Source: Anaeramoeba ignava BMAN
Taxonomy: Eukaryota > Protista > Anaeramoebae
DNA length: 64,000 nt
Reading direction: 5' to 3'
Assembly: GCA_028826165.1 (NCBI GenBank)
Contig: JAPDFW010000056.1
Span: forward strand, 1-64,000
The notes under the pieces are model-generated. The model was not told the DNA's origin. It ran no database searches and saw only the letters and a list, made by a program, of their open reading frames with translations. A program made the position numbers and the translations under genes. Below are positions 48,156 through 62,005 of this stretch, piece by piece. Each line of letters starts with the position of its first letter. Position 1 is the first letter of the stretch.

Positions 48156-51100
48156 ATGCTCGATTGGATTTTTATACTTTTAACTTCAATTTTATCACCT
48201 TTAATTTTTATAACTGATAATTTTTATTTAAAACCTTTTGGTTTATTTGAATGTATTGCATTATCAATACCATTTGGAATAGCATTATCTTCATGGATAG
48301 GTTTTATAATTGGAGGAAATTTACAAATTTATTTAACACCAAGACTTAGTTGGTTTTTATCAACAACATTTCTTGTTATTTCTGGATTTGAAATAATAAT
48401 GATATATCGAAGAAGAAAATTAAATGAAAAATCAAATGAAAAATTAAATGAAAAATCAAATGAAAAATCAAATGAAAAATCAAATCAAAAATTAAATCAA
48501 AAATCAAATCAAAAATTAAATGAAAAATTAAATGAAAATTCAAATGAAAATTCAAATGAAAAATCAAATGAAAATTCAAATGAAAAATCAAATGAAAATT
48601 CAAATCAAAATTCAAATCAAAATTTAAATGAAAATTCAAATGAAAATTCAAATGAAAATTTAAATGAAAAATTAAATCAACTTTTTAATGAAAACCAAAA
48701 ACCAAAAAAAGTTTTCTCAAAATATAGAAGCATTTTTATTGAACTTCGTCAAGAAATTCGACGAGAAAAAACTTTTTTCATGATATTACTTGTTATATTT
48801 ATCATTTTCCATTTTATTTTCTCAGCAAGTTTTTTGAAGGTGAAAAGAGATGGAATCTACACAATAAACAGCACTCATAAACAACTGTCTTTGCATTTAG
48901 AGATAATCAGTTCTTTTCTATATGGATGCAATTCAAAATGGGATAGCGCAAGTCGGCTTCAAAACCCTTTTTTCTCAGGGAAAACATTAGATTACCCTTT
49001 CATTATGGATTTCCACACAGCAATGCTTGTTGGAGCTGGAGAAGCACATATACAAACAGCAATGATTGTATCTAGCGAGTTGCTTCTATTGTCTTTCTTG
49101 ATTCTTCTTTATTTTTTCAATAAAAGATTCATTGGAAGTGAATTTGCTGGGATTATTGGAGTTATAGTATTTCTCTTTTCAGGTGGCCTTGGATTCTTCA
49201 GTTTGATTAAGAATATTGATATTGAAGATGCGGAGATGAATTCTCAGACAAAAAATGAGGCAAATCAAATGCCCTATTTTTGGTTAAATCCAATAGAATC
49301 CACATTGGTTCCTCAACCGTCAGCTCTTCTTGGCTATTCCATTGTTCTTTCAGTACTTCTTTTATTGTATGCGGTGCAGATATCGGACTATATAAGAACT
49401 CATCTCCATAACTACATGAGGGTGTTCATATTCATGGGAATTTTGGTGGGATTTCTCCCGATGATTCATTTGCATTCTTTTATTTCTGTTTTAATTTTAT
49501 GCTTTTTTATTTCCGTTATATTCTGGCCTATTGCACACTCCCCACGAGATTGGGGAAAGTATATTATCTCCTGGTCTGTTTTTGGAATGGCTCTTGTTGT
49601 TGTTTCACTCCCTCAAATACTCTTGTTTTTATTCAATAATTCTCATTTTCGTTCTATCCGCTTCATGCCCATTTGGATTAGTCAATTTGCGCAAAATTCA
49701 TCTATATATACTTTTCTGTATCTTTTCCAAAGTCTCGGGTTTTTTCTACTCTTTTCAATTTTGGGGATTTTTTTCCTCAATTTGCATCAAATTAAGTTTT
49801 ATGTTCCGTTTATTATATTGGGTGTTATATCCTTTTTGGTTCAATTCCAACCATGGAAGTTTGATAACAACAAAATTCTGAATATTTGGGCTTTTGCAGG
49901 ATCAGGAGTTGTTGCTCGATTTCTTGAGCGAGTAGCTACTCTTAAGTTTACAAAAATCAAAAAATGGCGAAAAGTTTTTATTTCTTTTTTTCAGATTTTG
50001 TCTTTGATTTTGCTTTTATTATCTGTTTTTTCGGGTTTGGTTTGTGTTATTAAGATGCATTCTCAGCACCATCTTTTGTTTACTCAAGAAGATGTTGAAC
50101 TTGGAAATTTTGTTCGCAAAAACACTCATCCTGATTCTGTATTTTTGAGTGAAGGAGCATTACCTGAAATTCCTGTTACAACTTTAGCTGGTCGACAAGT
50201 TAATATTAAATATAATATTAAATATCTATTTCAAAATTAAATATAATATTAAATATCTATTTCAAAATTAAATATAATATTAAATATCTATTTCAAAATT
50301 AAATATAATATTAAATATCTATTTCAAAATTAAATATAATATTAAATATCTATTTCAAAATTAAATATAAAATTAAATATAAAATTAAATATAATATTAA
50401 ATATCTATTTCAAAAATTAAATATAATATTAAATATCAATTTCAAAATTAAATATAAAATTAAATATAATATTTAAATATAATATTAAATAAAAATTAAA
50501 TATAATATTAAATATAATATTAAATATAATATTAAATATAATATTAAATATAATATTAAATATAAAATTAAATATAAAATTAAATATAATATTAAATATA
50601 ATATTAAATATAAAATTAAATATAATATTAAATATAAAATTAAATATAATATTAAATATAATATTAAATATAATATTAAATATAATATTAAATATAATAT
50701 TAAATATCTATTTCAAAATTAAATATAATATTAAATATCTAAATTAAAAATAAAATTAAATATAAAAATTAAATATAATATTAAATATAATATTAAATAT
50801 AAAATTAAAATATAATATTCAAAAATAAAATATAAAAATTAAATATAATATTAAAATAATAATTAAATATAATATTAAAATATAAAAATTAAATATAATA
50901 TTAAATATAAAATTAAATATTATAATTAAATATTATATTAAATATAAAATTAAATATAAAATTAAATATAAAAATTAAATATAATATTAAATATTATACA
51001 TTAAATATCTATTTCAAAATTAAATATAAAATTAAATATAATATTAAATATAATATTAAATATAATATTAAATATAAAATTAAATATAATATTAAATATA

Positions 51101-51996
51101 AAATTAAATGTAATATTAAATATAATATTAAATATAATATTAAATATAAAATTAAATATAATATTAAATATAATAATTAAATATAAAATTAAATATAATA
51201 TTAAATATAAAATTAAATATAAAAATTAAAATATAAAATTAAATAATATTAAATATAATATTATTAAATATAAAATTAAAATATAATATTAAATATAATA
51301 TTAAATATAAAATTAAATATAAAATTAAATATAAAATTAAATATAAAATTAAAAATATTAAATAAATTAAATATAAAATTATATAATATTAAATATAATA
51401 TTAAATATATTAAATATAAAATTAAATATAATATTAAATATTATATTAAATATAAAATTAAATATAATATTAAATATTATATTAAATATAAAATTAAATA
51501 TAATATTAAATATAATATTAAATATAAAATTAAATATAAAATTAAATATAAAATTAAATATAATATTAAATATCTATTTCAAAATTAAATATAATATTAA
51601 ATATAATATTAAATATAATATTAAATATAATATTAAATATAATATTAAATATAAAATTAAATATAAAATTAAATTAAATATTTATTCCACTTTTTTTTTA
51701 TTCCACTTTTTTAAATTAAATTGCTTTTTTTATAGCTTTTTTTAGGATACGAAGAATGGTTATGGTCATTTGGATTAGGTTATTCAGAAAAGAAAATTTC
51801 TAGTGAAACATTTTTCCACAATTTTAAAAAACAAAAAAATTCAGAATTTATCAGGAAATTATTAGATATTTACAATGTTTCACATGTTATTATTTCCAAT
51901 TTTTTTAATATTTCTCAACCTTTTCTTCAAGAACTTGGATTTGAAAAAATCTATGAAACAAATTCTACAATTATTTTCCAAAAAAATCAAATTTAA
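48156..51996 (+). CDS. Polytopic membrane protein, GT-C-like putative glycosyltransferase (2 exons)
   Basis: Many TM segments; H.EIISSFLYGCN...NPFFSG..LDYPF, HLHSF, FQPWKFDNNK and TLAGRQ|LFLGYEEWLWSFG. Intron 50199-51735. Confidence 0.6.
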
Positions 51997-52282
51997 AAAA
52001 AAATTAAAATTTAATTAAAAAAAAAAATCAAGAAGAAAAAAAATTTTTTTGTTTTCTTTTTTCCTCATTTTTTTTAATAAATAATTTTGACAATTTTAAA
52101 TAAAATAAAAAGGAAAAAAAGGAAAAAAGAAAAGGAAACAAAAAACAAAAAAAAAAACAAAAGGAAAAAAATTTTTTTTAATTTCATTTTCCTCATTTTT
52201 TTCTTAACGTTTTATTATTATTATTATTATTATCAATTTATTCTTTATTCTTTATTCTTTATTCATTATTCTTTATTCATAA

Positions 52283-55200
52283 ATGAGTAATTCAAATCAA
52301 CCTCAAACAAATTCAATAAATTATATTTCACAAATGGATCAAATACCTCAAAAACCATATGAAAAACTAAGGAGATTAAAATCTGAATCAATCATCAGAC
52401 CAAATTATCCATTTGAAACAAAACTCTCAAAGTAAAAAATAATTTAAAATTTAATTTAAAAAATAATTTAAAATTTAATTCAAAATTTATAATTTAATTT
52501 AAAATTTAGACAAGAATTAAAAAGAATGAAAAAAGAAGAAAATAAAAGAAAGAAAGAAGAAAGGAAACAAAAACAAATGGAAGAAAAACTTAGAAAGAAA
52601 GAATTAAGATTGTAATTGTTTTAATTAACGATATTAATTTATATTTGCTTTTAAAATTTTTTAAGTTGAATTTAAAATTCTTTGTCATTTAATTTGATTT
52701 TTTATTTATTAGACAAAAGAAAAAATCTATTCGTGTAGTTGATGATCAAAATATTGTGTAAATTCTTTTTTAAAAAGTTCATTTATTTTACAAACTTTTT
52801 TTTTTCTTTTTTTTATAAATTTAATTATAAATTTATTTGGCAAATCAATTTAGTTTTGATTTAAAAAAACAAATATACAAATACACAAAAAAAAAAACTA
52901 TAATAATTTTGAAATTGAACTTTTTAATGATCAATTTTAATGATTTTAAAATTAAAATTTAAAATAAAGATTAATTTTAATGATTTTGAAATTAAAATCT
53001 AAAATAAAAATTAATCCAAAAAAAAAAGTTCAAGATCAAAATTAAATATAAAATTAAAATTAAAATTAAAATTAAAATTAAAATTAATTTATAAAATTAA
53101 AATTAAAATTCATTTATAAAATTAAAATTAATATTAAAATTAAATTAAAATTAAAATTCATTTATAAAATTAAAATTAATTATAAAATTAAAATCAAAAT
53201 TAATAACAAAATTAAAATTAAAATTAAAATTAAAATTAAAATTAAAATCTAAATTAAAATCAAAATTAAAATTAAAATTAAATTAGAATTAAAATTCATT
53301 TATAAAATTAAAATTAAAATTAAAATTAAAATTAAAATTAAAATTAAAATTAAATTTAAATTTAAAATTCATTTATAAAATTAAAATTAAAATTAAAATT
53401 AATTATAAAATTAAAATCAAAATTAACAAAATTAAAATTAAATTTAAAATTAAAATTTAAAATTTAAATTAAAATCAAAATCAAAATCAAAATTAATATT
53501 CAAAGGAATAAACCACAAAAATCAGTACCAAAAACAAGATCACGATCAAAATCATTTAAAAATCAAAAAAGAAGACCATTAAATTTACGAGTAGAAAAAT
53601 ATCAATTTGAAACAAGAGCGAATCCAGAAACAGAAAAAAAAACAGAAACAGAAACAGAAAAAAAACCATTCAGTACATCACAATCATCACCAACATTACC
53701 ACAATTACTATCAGAAAAAGCAAAAATAGAAAACGAAACAACAAAAGAAATGCAATCCAAAAAAGATCAATTAAAAAATCTTTTATTACTTGATAATGAT
53801 CCATATAAAGAACCAATAAAAAATCAACGAAATCAACAAAAAAAACTAAATGATCCTCAGTTATTTTTGGCACAAGATCAAGATAATCAACATTCTATTT
53901 CTCAGGCTAATCCAAATGGTCTTAGATTAACTCATGCTCTTGCAAGACAAGTTTCAATTGATATTGGTTCTTTTTTCCAAAATAAAGAACAAAGTTTAGA
54001 AAATATAAAGAAAAATCAAGTGTCTATTTCTAATAAAAAAGATCATATTGCAACTCCAACAAAATTTAGAAATAAAAAATCTAAAAAAGCTCGAAGAAAA
54101 TCACGAAAATTTGATATTGACAATAAAGTTCTTCTTAATGTAATTTTAAATTTTATTTAATTTTAATTTTAATTTCAATTTTAATTTAATTTTAATTTTA
54201 ATTTTAATTTTAATTTTAAATTTAATTTTAATTTTATATTTAATTTTATATTTAATTTTAATTTTAATTTTAAATTTAAATTTAATTTTAATTTCAATTT
54301 AATTTTAAATTTAATTTTAAATTTAATTTTAATTTTAAATTAATTTTAATTTTTTAGATTGTTGTTGATGAAAATTTAATTCTTATTGATGAATTTGCCA
54401 AAGAAATTCGTACAGTTCAAAATTCAGATCAAATTTCTGATATTCTTGTTAAATTATTTGAATCTGAACATTTATTAATTGAACTTTTAAAATTTTCCAT
54501 TTTAAAAGAAATTGAAAACACACGTAAATTAATAATTCAATTTAAAAAATTCAATTTAATTTAAAATTTAATTAAAAAATTCAATTTAATTTAAAATTCA
54601 ATTTCTATCACAGAACTTGCTGCACATCTTTTTAGAGGAAATACGCTTTCAACAAAACTCTTAACTTCATTTGGAAAATTATTTGGGAAAAGAATATATT
54701 TCACAAATTTTAAAAGAACCAATCAAAAAATTTATTGAAGATTCAATTATAATTCAAAATCAAGAATTTCAAAATGAAAATGAAAATGAAAACGAAAATC
54801 AAAATAACAATCAAGAATTTCTAAATGAAAATAAAAAGGATAATAAAGAAAATCTTATTGAAAAAGTTCAATTCCTTCTTTATACAATAACTTCACAACC
54901 TGAAAATTGTCCAAAGTATAAAATTATTAATAAAATTATTTATAAAATTAAATATAAAATTATTAATAAAATTAAATATAAAATTATTTATAAAATTATT
55001 TATAAAATTATTTATAAAATTATTTATAAAATTAATTATAAAATTAATTATAAAATTAATTATAAAATTAATTATAAAATTAAATATAAAATTATTAATA
55101 AAATTATTTATAAAATTATTTATAAAATTATTTATAAAATTATTTATAAAATTATTTATAAAATTATTTATAAAATTAAATATAAAATTATTTATAAAAT

Positions 55201-56977
55201 TATTTATAAAATTAAATATAAAATTAATTATAAAATTAAATATAAAATTATTTTATAAAATTATTAATAAAATTAAATATAAAATTAAATATAAAATTAT
55301 TTATAAAATTATTTATAAAATTATTTATAAAATTATTTATAAAATTAAATATAAAATTATTTATAAAATTATTTATAAAATTATTTATAAAATTAAATAT
55401 AAACTTAAATATAAAATTAATTATAAAATTAATTATAAAATTAATTATAAAATTAATTATAAAATTAAATGTAAAATTAAATATAAAATTATTAATAAAA
55501 TTATTTATAAAATTATTTATAAAATTAAATATAAAATTATTTATAAAATTAAATATAAAATTAAATATAAAATTATTTATAAAATTAAATATAAAAATTA
55601 AATATAAAATTATTTTATAAAATTAATTATAAAATTAAATATAAAATTAAATATAAAATTAAATATAAAATTATTTATAAAATTATTTATAAAATTATTT
55701 TATAAAATTATTTATAAAATTATTTATAAAATTATTAATAAAAATTATTTATAAAATTATTTATAAAATTATTTATAAATTATTATTTATAAAATTATTT
55801 TATAAAATTATTTATAAAATTATTTATAAAATTATTTATAAAATTATTTATAAAATTATTTATAAAATTAATTATAAAATTATTTATAAAATTAAATATA
55901 AAATTAAATATAAAATTAAATATAAAATTATTTATAAAATTATTTATAAAATTAATTATAAAATTATTTATAAAATTAAATATAAAATTATTTATAAAAT
56001 TAAATATAAAATTAAATATAAAAATTATTTTATAAAATTAAATATAAAATTATTTATAAAATTAAATATAAAATTATTTATAAAATTATTTATAAAATTA
56101 TTTATAAAATTAAATATAAAAAATTAAATATAAAATTAAATATAAAATTATTTATAAAATTAAATATAAAATTAAATATAAAATTATTTATAAAATTATT
56201 TATAAAATTATTTATAAAATTATTAATAAAATTATTTATAAAATTATTTATAAAATTATTTATAAAATTAATTATAAAATTATTAATAAAATTATTTATA
56301 AAATTATTTATAAAATTAAATATAAAATTAAATATAAATTTATTTATAAAATTATATATAAAATTAAATATAAAATTAAATATAAAATTAAATATAAAAT
56401 TAAATATAAAATTATTTATAAAATTAATTATAAAAAAAAAGATATCTTCAAGAAATTTGTCATTTTATTCGAACAAGAGTTCATAATAAATTTCCCGAAA
56501 TGGATTTAAGAACAGTTGGAGGTTTCTTTTTCCTTCGTTTAATTTGTCCCGCATTAACTAATCCACAAGAACATGGAATAACTACAGGTAAAAAAAATAT
56601 ATTTATTTATATTTAATTTTTTATTTAATTTAAATTTAAATTTAAATTTTTTAAAAGAAAAACTCCCTTCTTTGGCTCAAAGAGGATTAATTCAAGCTTC
56701 AAAAATCCTTCAAGCTTTATCAAACAATAGTACATTTAATGAACAATCAAGTATGTTTAGTTTAAATGAATTTATTAATGAAAAAATGGATGAAACAAAC
56801 AAATTTTTGGAAACAATTTCTAATTCTTGTGTTGTTAAAGATCTTTTATCAGTTCATTTGAATTTTTCTGAACAAGAAATTCAAGAAAATTTGGAACAAC
56901 TTAAAGAATTATTGAAAGAAAATCCAAATATATTAAAAATTGTGGAAAAATTTAAAAAACAAAAAAAAGCATTTTAA
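52283..56977 (+). CDS. Ras GTPase-activating protein (RasGAP domain), multi-exon
   Basis: Arginine finger LFRGNTLSTKL, GGFFFLRLICPAL (FLR motif) and RGLIQASKILQALSN. Confidence 0.88.
54916..56441 (+). repeat. Repeat-expanded RasGAP intron, (TAAAATTATTTA)n
   Basis: CCA AA|GT donor and AAAAAAAAAG|ATATCTT acceptor. Confidence 0.85.
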
Positions 56978-57221
56978 ATAATGAAAAATGTTTAAAAAAT
57001 CTTATTTTTTCTTTTATCTTTTTTTTTGGAATTTTTTTTTTTTTGCAAATAATTAAAAACTTTTGAATTTGAATTTGAATTTGGATTTGAATTTGATTAA
57101 TTTTTGAAATTAAAGAAAAAGAAAAAAAGAAAGAAAAAAAGAACAAAAATTAAAAGAAAAAAAAAGGTGAAAAAAAAAATGTCAAAAAAAAAAGCAAAAA
57201 AAAAAAATGAAGCGTATATTT

Positions 57222-60200
57222 CTACAAAATATCAGCTCGTTCTTTGCCTCTAGGTTCAATTTCGAGAGACAATTCATAACATTTCTGTGTTGAAAGAGGA
57301 TCCAATTTTTCGAAAAGGGTTATAATTTGGTGAACAGGACGAATAGAATAAGAATTACGTTGGAAACGTTGAACTGAGAAGATGACATCACAAATCAATT
57401 TTCTTTTAGAAAAATTAATAAGATTTGCAAGATAGTCTCTGTTTCCCTCTTCAATAAACGTGAGATCAGTAAGAAAGACGCCCAAATAAGGAACGCAAAT
57501 AGCAGATTTTGAGAGAGTTTCCCGATAGACCTTATAAGACGACTCAGTGGACATAAGAGTGTCGAGATCTTGGAGGGTTGTCTTATCTCGACGGGGGATT
57601 TCCTCTCGAGTAAACTTAAGACGATAAACAGAAGAGTCATTAAGACCCGAAAGAATAGCCATCAATCCGTTGAAGTTATTGATGGCGCGGAAACACTCGC
57701 CGAGCTTGATGAACCGCTGGAACATCTTGACGCGGTCTCGGATTTTTTTTGTTGTAACAATGCATGTTGTCACCCATCGCGATAAAATATTGAATTTCGA
57801 GATTAGCTCCATCACGTTGGGTGCGCGATGCTTCAGATGCGGTTTGCTCCAGGCTAAGTTTAATAGCTCTGTGGGCTGGATCTTGGAATAGATCCGGAAT
57901 TCAATTAATGTTTGTTGTCGAGCAAGCTCTTCTTCATCGATATCAAAAATCGAGAGTTTCGGACTAAATATGTTTTTCGGCACTTTGGGATCCATTTCTG
58001 TTTGGGTCATTCCAACTTGCGTCATATCTTCCTTCCCATCAAGATGCTTAGATATTTCTGCGCGAAGCATCTTGGCCATCTGAAGAAGTCCGTCTGTTGG
58101 GAGTGATGTGTTGATGAAGTCGTAAACTTCCCGCAGTAATCGTTGACTGAAATCCTTGAAGTGCCGCTTGATCCAAACCTTCAATACTGTGCATACTCGT
58201 AGTTTTACAGCTTTTTTTAACTTCTCAAACTCTCGCTCTTCTAGATCAAGGTGGTTCGGCACGTTGTATCGCTCAATTAGTTTGTGGAGCAGTTTTGTTG
58301 GTGTTGTGAATGATTGATATGTCATTAGAAATGTGTCCATGTAGGTTGTGTTGTGGAATTTCTCGCTCGTTAGTCGTTCGATTAGTTTGTTTCAGTGTTC
58401 CTGCTTTGACTTCCGTTTCTGGTTTTTGATTTTAATTTTATAATTGAATTTTAATTTTAAATTTTAATTTTAATTTTAATTTTAATTTTAATTTTAATTT
58501 TAATTTTAATTTTAATTTTATAAATGAATTTTAATTTTGATTTTGATTTTGATTTTATAAATGAATTTTAATTTTAATTTTAATTTTAATTTTAATTTTG
58601 ATTTTATAAATGAATTTTAATTTTAATTTTAATTTTAATTTTATAAATGAATTTTAATTTTAATTTTAATTTTAATTTTAATTTTAATTTTAATTTTAAT
58701 TTTAATTTTAATTTTAATTTTAATTTTAATTTTAATTTTAATTTTAATTTTAATTTTAATTTTAAATTAATTTTAATTTTAATTTTAATTTTATAAATGA
58801 ATTTTAATTTTAATTTTAATTTTAATTTTATAAATGAATTTTAATTTTAATTTTAATTTTAATTTTATAAATGAATTTTAATTTTATAAATGAATTTTAA
58901 TTTTAATTTGAAAATATACCTTTTGTATCTAAAAATATAATATTATCTTTACTATCAGGTCCTTCATCCCAGATTGGTTTATCTTCTTGTGATTCATCAT
59001 CTTCAGCACTAAAATTTAAATTAAAAATCAAAAATTAAAAAAATAAATTAAAATTAAAAATTAAAAATTAAAAATAAAAAATAAATTAAAATTAAAAATA
59101 AAAATTTAAAATAAGTTAATTACCCTAATCCAGGATAATTTTCAACATGAAAAATTTCATCATCTTCATCAGTTTTATCACCTTGATGTAAATAATCAAG
59201 TTCCCAAAGATTATCTAAATTTTTTATTCCAACAGCTAAAAGAGCAAATAAACCACTAACTTTATCAGGAACTGATCTTTGTTTTAATCCACTTTCTTCT
59301 TCTAATGCTTGTTTTGCTTTTTTAAATCCAGAAATTGAAAAATGATCTAAGACTAATTGAATTATTGATTCTCTTGTTAAACTTCTACGAACTTCTGAAT
59401 AAGAAACATCATAAAGTCTCCCAAATCTTTTTAATTTTAAATTTAATTTTAATTTTAATTTTAATTTTGATTTTATTTTTAATTTTAATTTTAATTTTAA
59501 TTTTAATTTTAATTTTAATTTTAATTTTAATTTTAATTTTAATTTTAATTTTAATTTTAATTTTAATTTTAATTTTAATTTTAAATTTAATTTTAAATTT
59601 AATTTTAATTTTAATTTTAATTTTAATTTTAATTTTAATTTTAATTTTAATTTTGAATTTTAAATTTAAATTTAATTTTAATTTTAATTTTTAATTTTAA
59701 TTTTAAATAATTTTAATTTTAATTTTTAAATTTTAATTTTAATTTTAATTTTAATTTTAATTTAAATTTTAAATTTAATTTTAATTTTAATTTTAATTTT
59801 AATTTTAATTTTAATTTTAATTTTAATTTTAATTTTAATTTTAATTTTGATTTTAAATTAAATTTTGATTTTAATTTTAATTTTAATTTTAAATCTAAAT
59901 TGAATTTTATAAATGAATTTTAATTTTGAATACGTTTGGTGTTTTGTTAAAGGAATAGTGCGCTCTCTTAAAGCAAGAACTTCTGGATGTTTTCTCATTG
60001 CATAAGTTAGCCAATCCTTTTGAGGTATTTCTGGTTCTTTTTCTTTGCCTTGTTCTTTTGATTCCTTTTGAGTATCTTTATCAGTTTCAGTTTCAGTTTC
60101 AGTTTCAGTTTTAGCTTCTGATTCTGTATCAACGAGTTTCTTTGGAAAATCAATAGAAACATCAGGAGTTATGATATTTTTTGTCTCATTTTTATCAATT

Positions 60201-61310
60201 TCCATCTCGTTTTTGTCTTGAGTTTTTGTTCTTTCCAATTTTCTATTTTCCGTTTCTTTTAGATTATTTACATTTAAATTTTGGTTTGTAGAAAGTGTTT
60301 GTGGATATAAAGGTGGAGGTATTTTAGGCGGTGGTGGAAGAAATTTAATAACGATATAAGGAAGCTGTTCTTGTTGTAATTGTCTTTGTTTTTCTTGTTC
60401 TTGTTGTAATTGTCTTTGTTTTTCTTGTTCTTGTTGTAATTGTCTTTGTTTTTCTTGTTCTTCTTGTAATTGTCTTTGTTTTTCTTGTTCTTCTTGTATT
60501 TTGTAATTGTTTTTGTTTTTCTTGTTCTTCTTGTATTTTTCTTTCTTTTTCTTGTTCTTCTTGTAATTGTTTTTGTCTTTCTTGTTCTTCTTGTATTTTT
60601 CTTTGTTTTTCTTCTTCTTCTTGTAATTGTCTTTGTTTTTCTTGTTCTTCTTGTAATTGTCTTTGTTTTTCTTGTTCTTCTTTTAATTTTCTTTGTTTTT
60701 CTTCTTCTTCTTGTAATTGTCTTTGTTTTTCTTGTTCTTCTTTTAATTGTCTTTGTCTTTCTTCTTCTTCTTTTATTTTTCTTTGTTTTTCTTCTTCTTC
60801 TTGTAATTGTCTTTGTCTTTCTTCTTCTTCTTTTATTTTTCTTTGTTTTTCTTCTTCTTCTTGTAATTGTCTTTGTCTTTCTTGTTCTTCTTGTAATTGT
60901 CTTTGTTTTTCATTTTCATTTTCATGATTTTCATTTTGATTTTCATTTTCATTTTCATTTTCATTTTGATTATTTTCCTCATTTTCATTATTTTCATTAT
61001 CATTTTCATTTTCAATATTTTCATCATCATTTCCTTCTTGATGTTTTAAATATTTTTGCTTTTCAAGTTCTTTTTCTCTAAGTTGACGTTCGATAATTTC
61101 CTGTTTTAATCTTTGTTGTCTTTTTCTTTCTTTTAGTTCCAAAAGTTCTTTATCTTCATCATTTTGATCATTTTGATTTTTTTTTTGTTTTTGAGTTAAA
61201 TTTTTCATAAGTAAATTTCTTTTTGTTGATGTTGATCGACCTTTATTTGCTAATCCTGTTAAATTTAGGCTTTTCAGAAACTCATTTGCACTTAATGGTG
61301 TTCTAGTCAT
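57222..61310 (-). CDS. Ras guanine-nucleotide exchange factor (coiled coil-LisH-REM-CDC25); two apparent frameshifts
   Basis: LisH-like IIQLVLDHFSISGFKKAKQALEEESGL, KAGTL.KLIERLT, TFLMTYQSFTTP, ELARQQTLIE, NNFNGLMAILSGL, CVPYLGVFLTDLTFIEEGN and INFSKR. Confidence 0.88.
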
Positions 61311-61574
61311 TGTTTTTCTTTTATTTTCGTTATTTTTTTTGCTATTTGTGTTTCGATTTAAAATATGGCAAATATGGTTTTTATTCTAGTTTGTTTTTGT
61401 TGATTTTTCGTTTGTTTTTTTTAAAAAGGAAAAAAAAATAAAAAAAAATGAAATTTTAATTTTCAAAAAAGATAAAAAAAATTAAAGAAAAAGCGAAAAA
61501 AAAAATTAAAAAAAATAAAATATTTCTCCATTTTTTTTTCATTTTTTTTCTTAATTAATAATTAATAATTAATA

Positions 61575-62005
61575 ATGTGGTACTTATTTTTTGTATTTGG
61601 TGCTTTTTATCTGTTTTTAATTATTTTAAATCTTCGTAAAGAAAAGAAATCAAGACACAGTTTTATTCTTGAAATTTCTCCAATAAGAGTTATATTTGAA
61701 ATTATATTTTTGCAAGTAAAAAAAAACCAACGAAAATAAAATAAAATTTTTTTTCAATTTGGAAATGGATTTAAATTGAGGAATGAAATCAAATAATAAA
61801 GTAGTTTGCATTTTATGCAGAATTAGTTTTTGTTATTGCTGCTTTTAATCTTTTTAATTCGGAAATATTTTTCTTTTCTCAATTGTTTGATGCTGAAGAA
61901 TATCAATTTAGAACTGCTCGTGGTTTAATTACAACTTTTTCTTTGGTTGCAACTGGAATATTTCATTCTTTTACTTTTACAACAGTTCTTCATTTTAGTT
62001 GGAAG
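61575..62005 (+). CDS. SYS1-like Golgi membrane protein, 5' part (continues beyond the window)
   Basis: Exons 61575-61715 and 61805-62005 give ...SPIRVIFEIIFLQFAFYAELVFVIAAFNLF...SQLFDAEEYQFRTARGL, resembling the SYS1 P..I..QI..LQ..YY...FD pattern. Confidence 0.5.

Noticed and set aside
61712-61720. Possible GC-AG intron (GCAAGT)
   Set aside because: The canonical CAA|GTAAAA...GTAG|TTT junction restores the frame; the GC donor does not.
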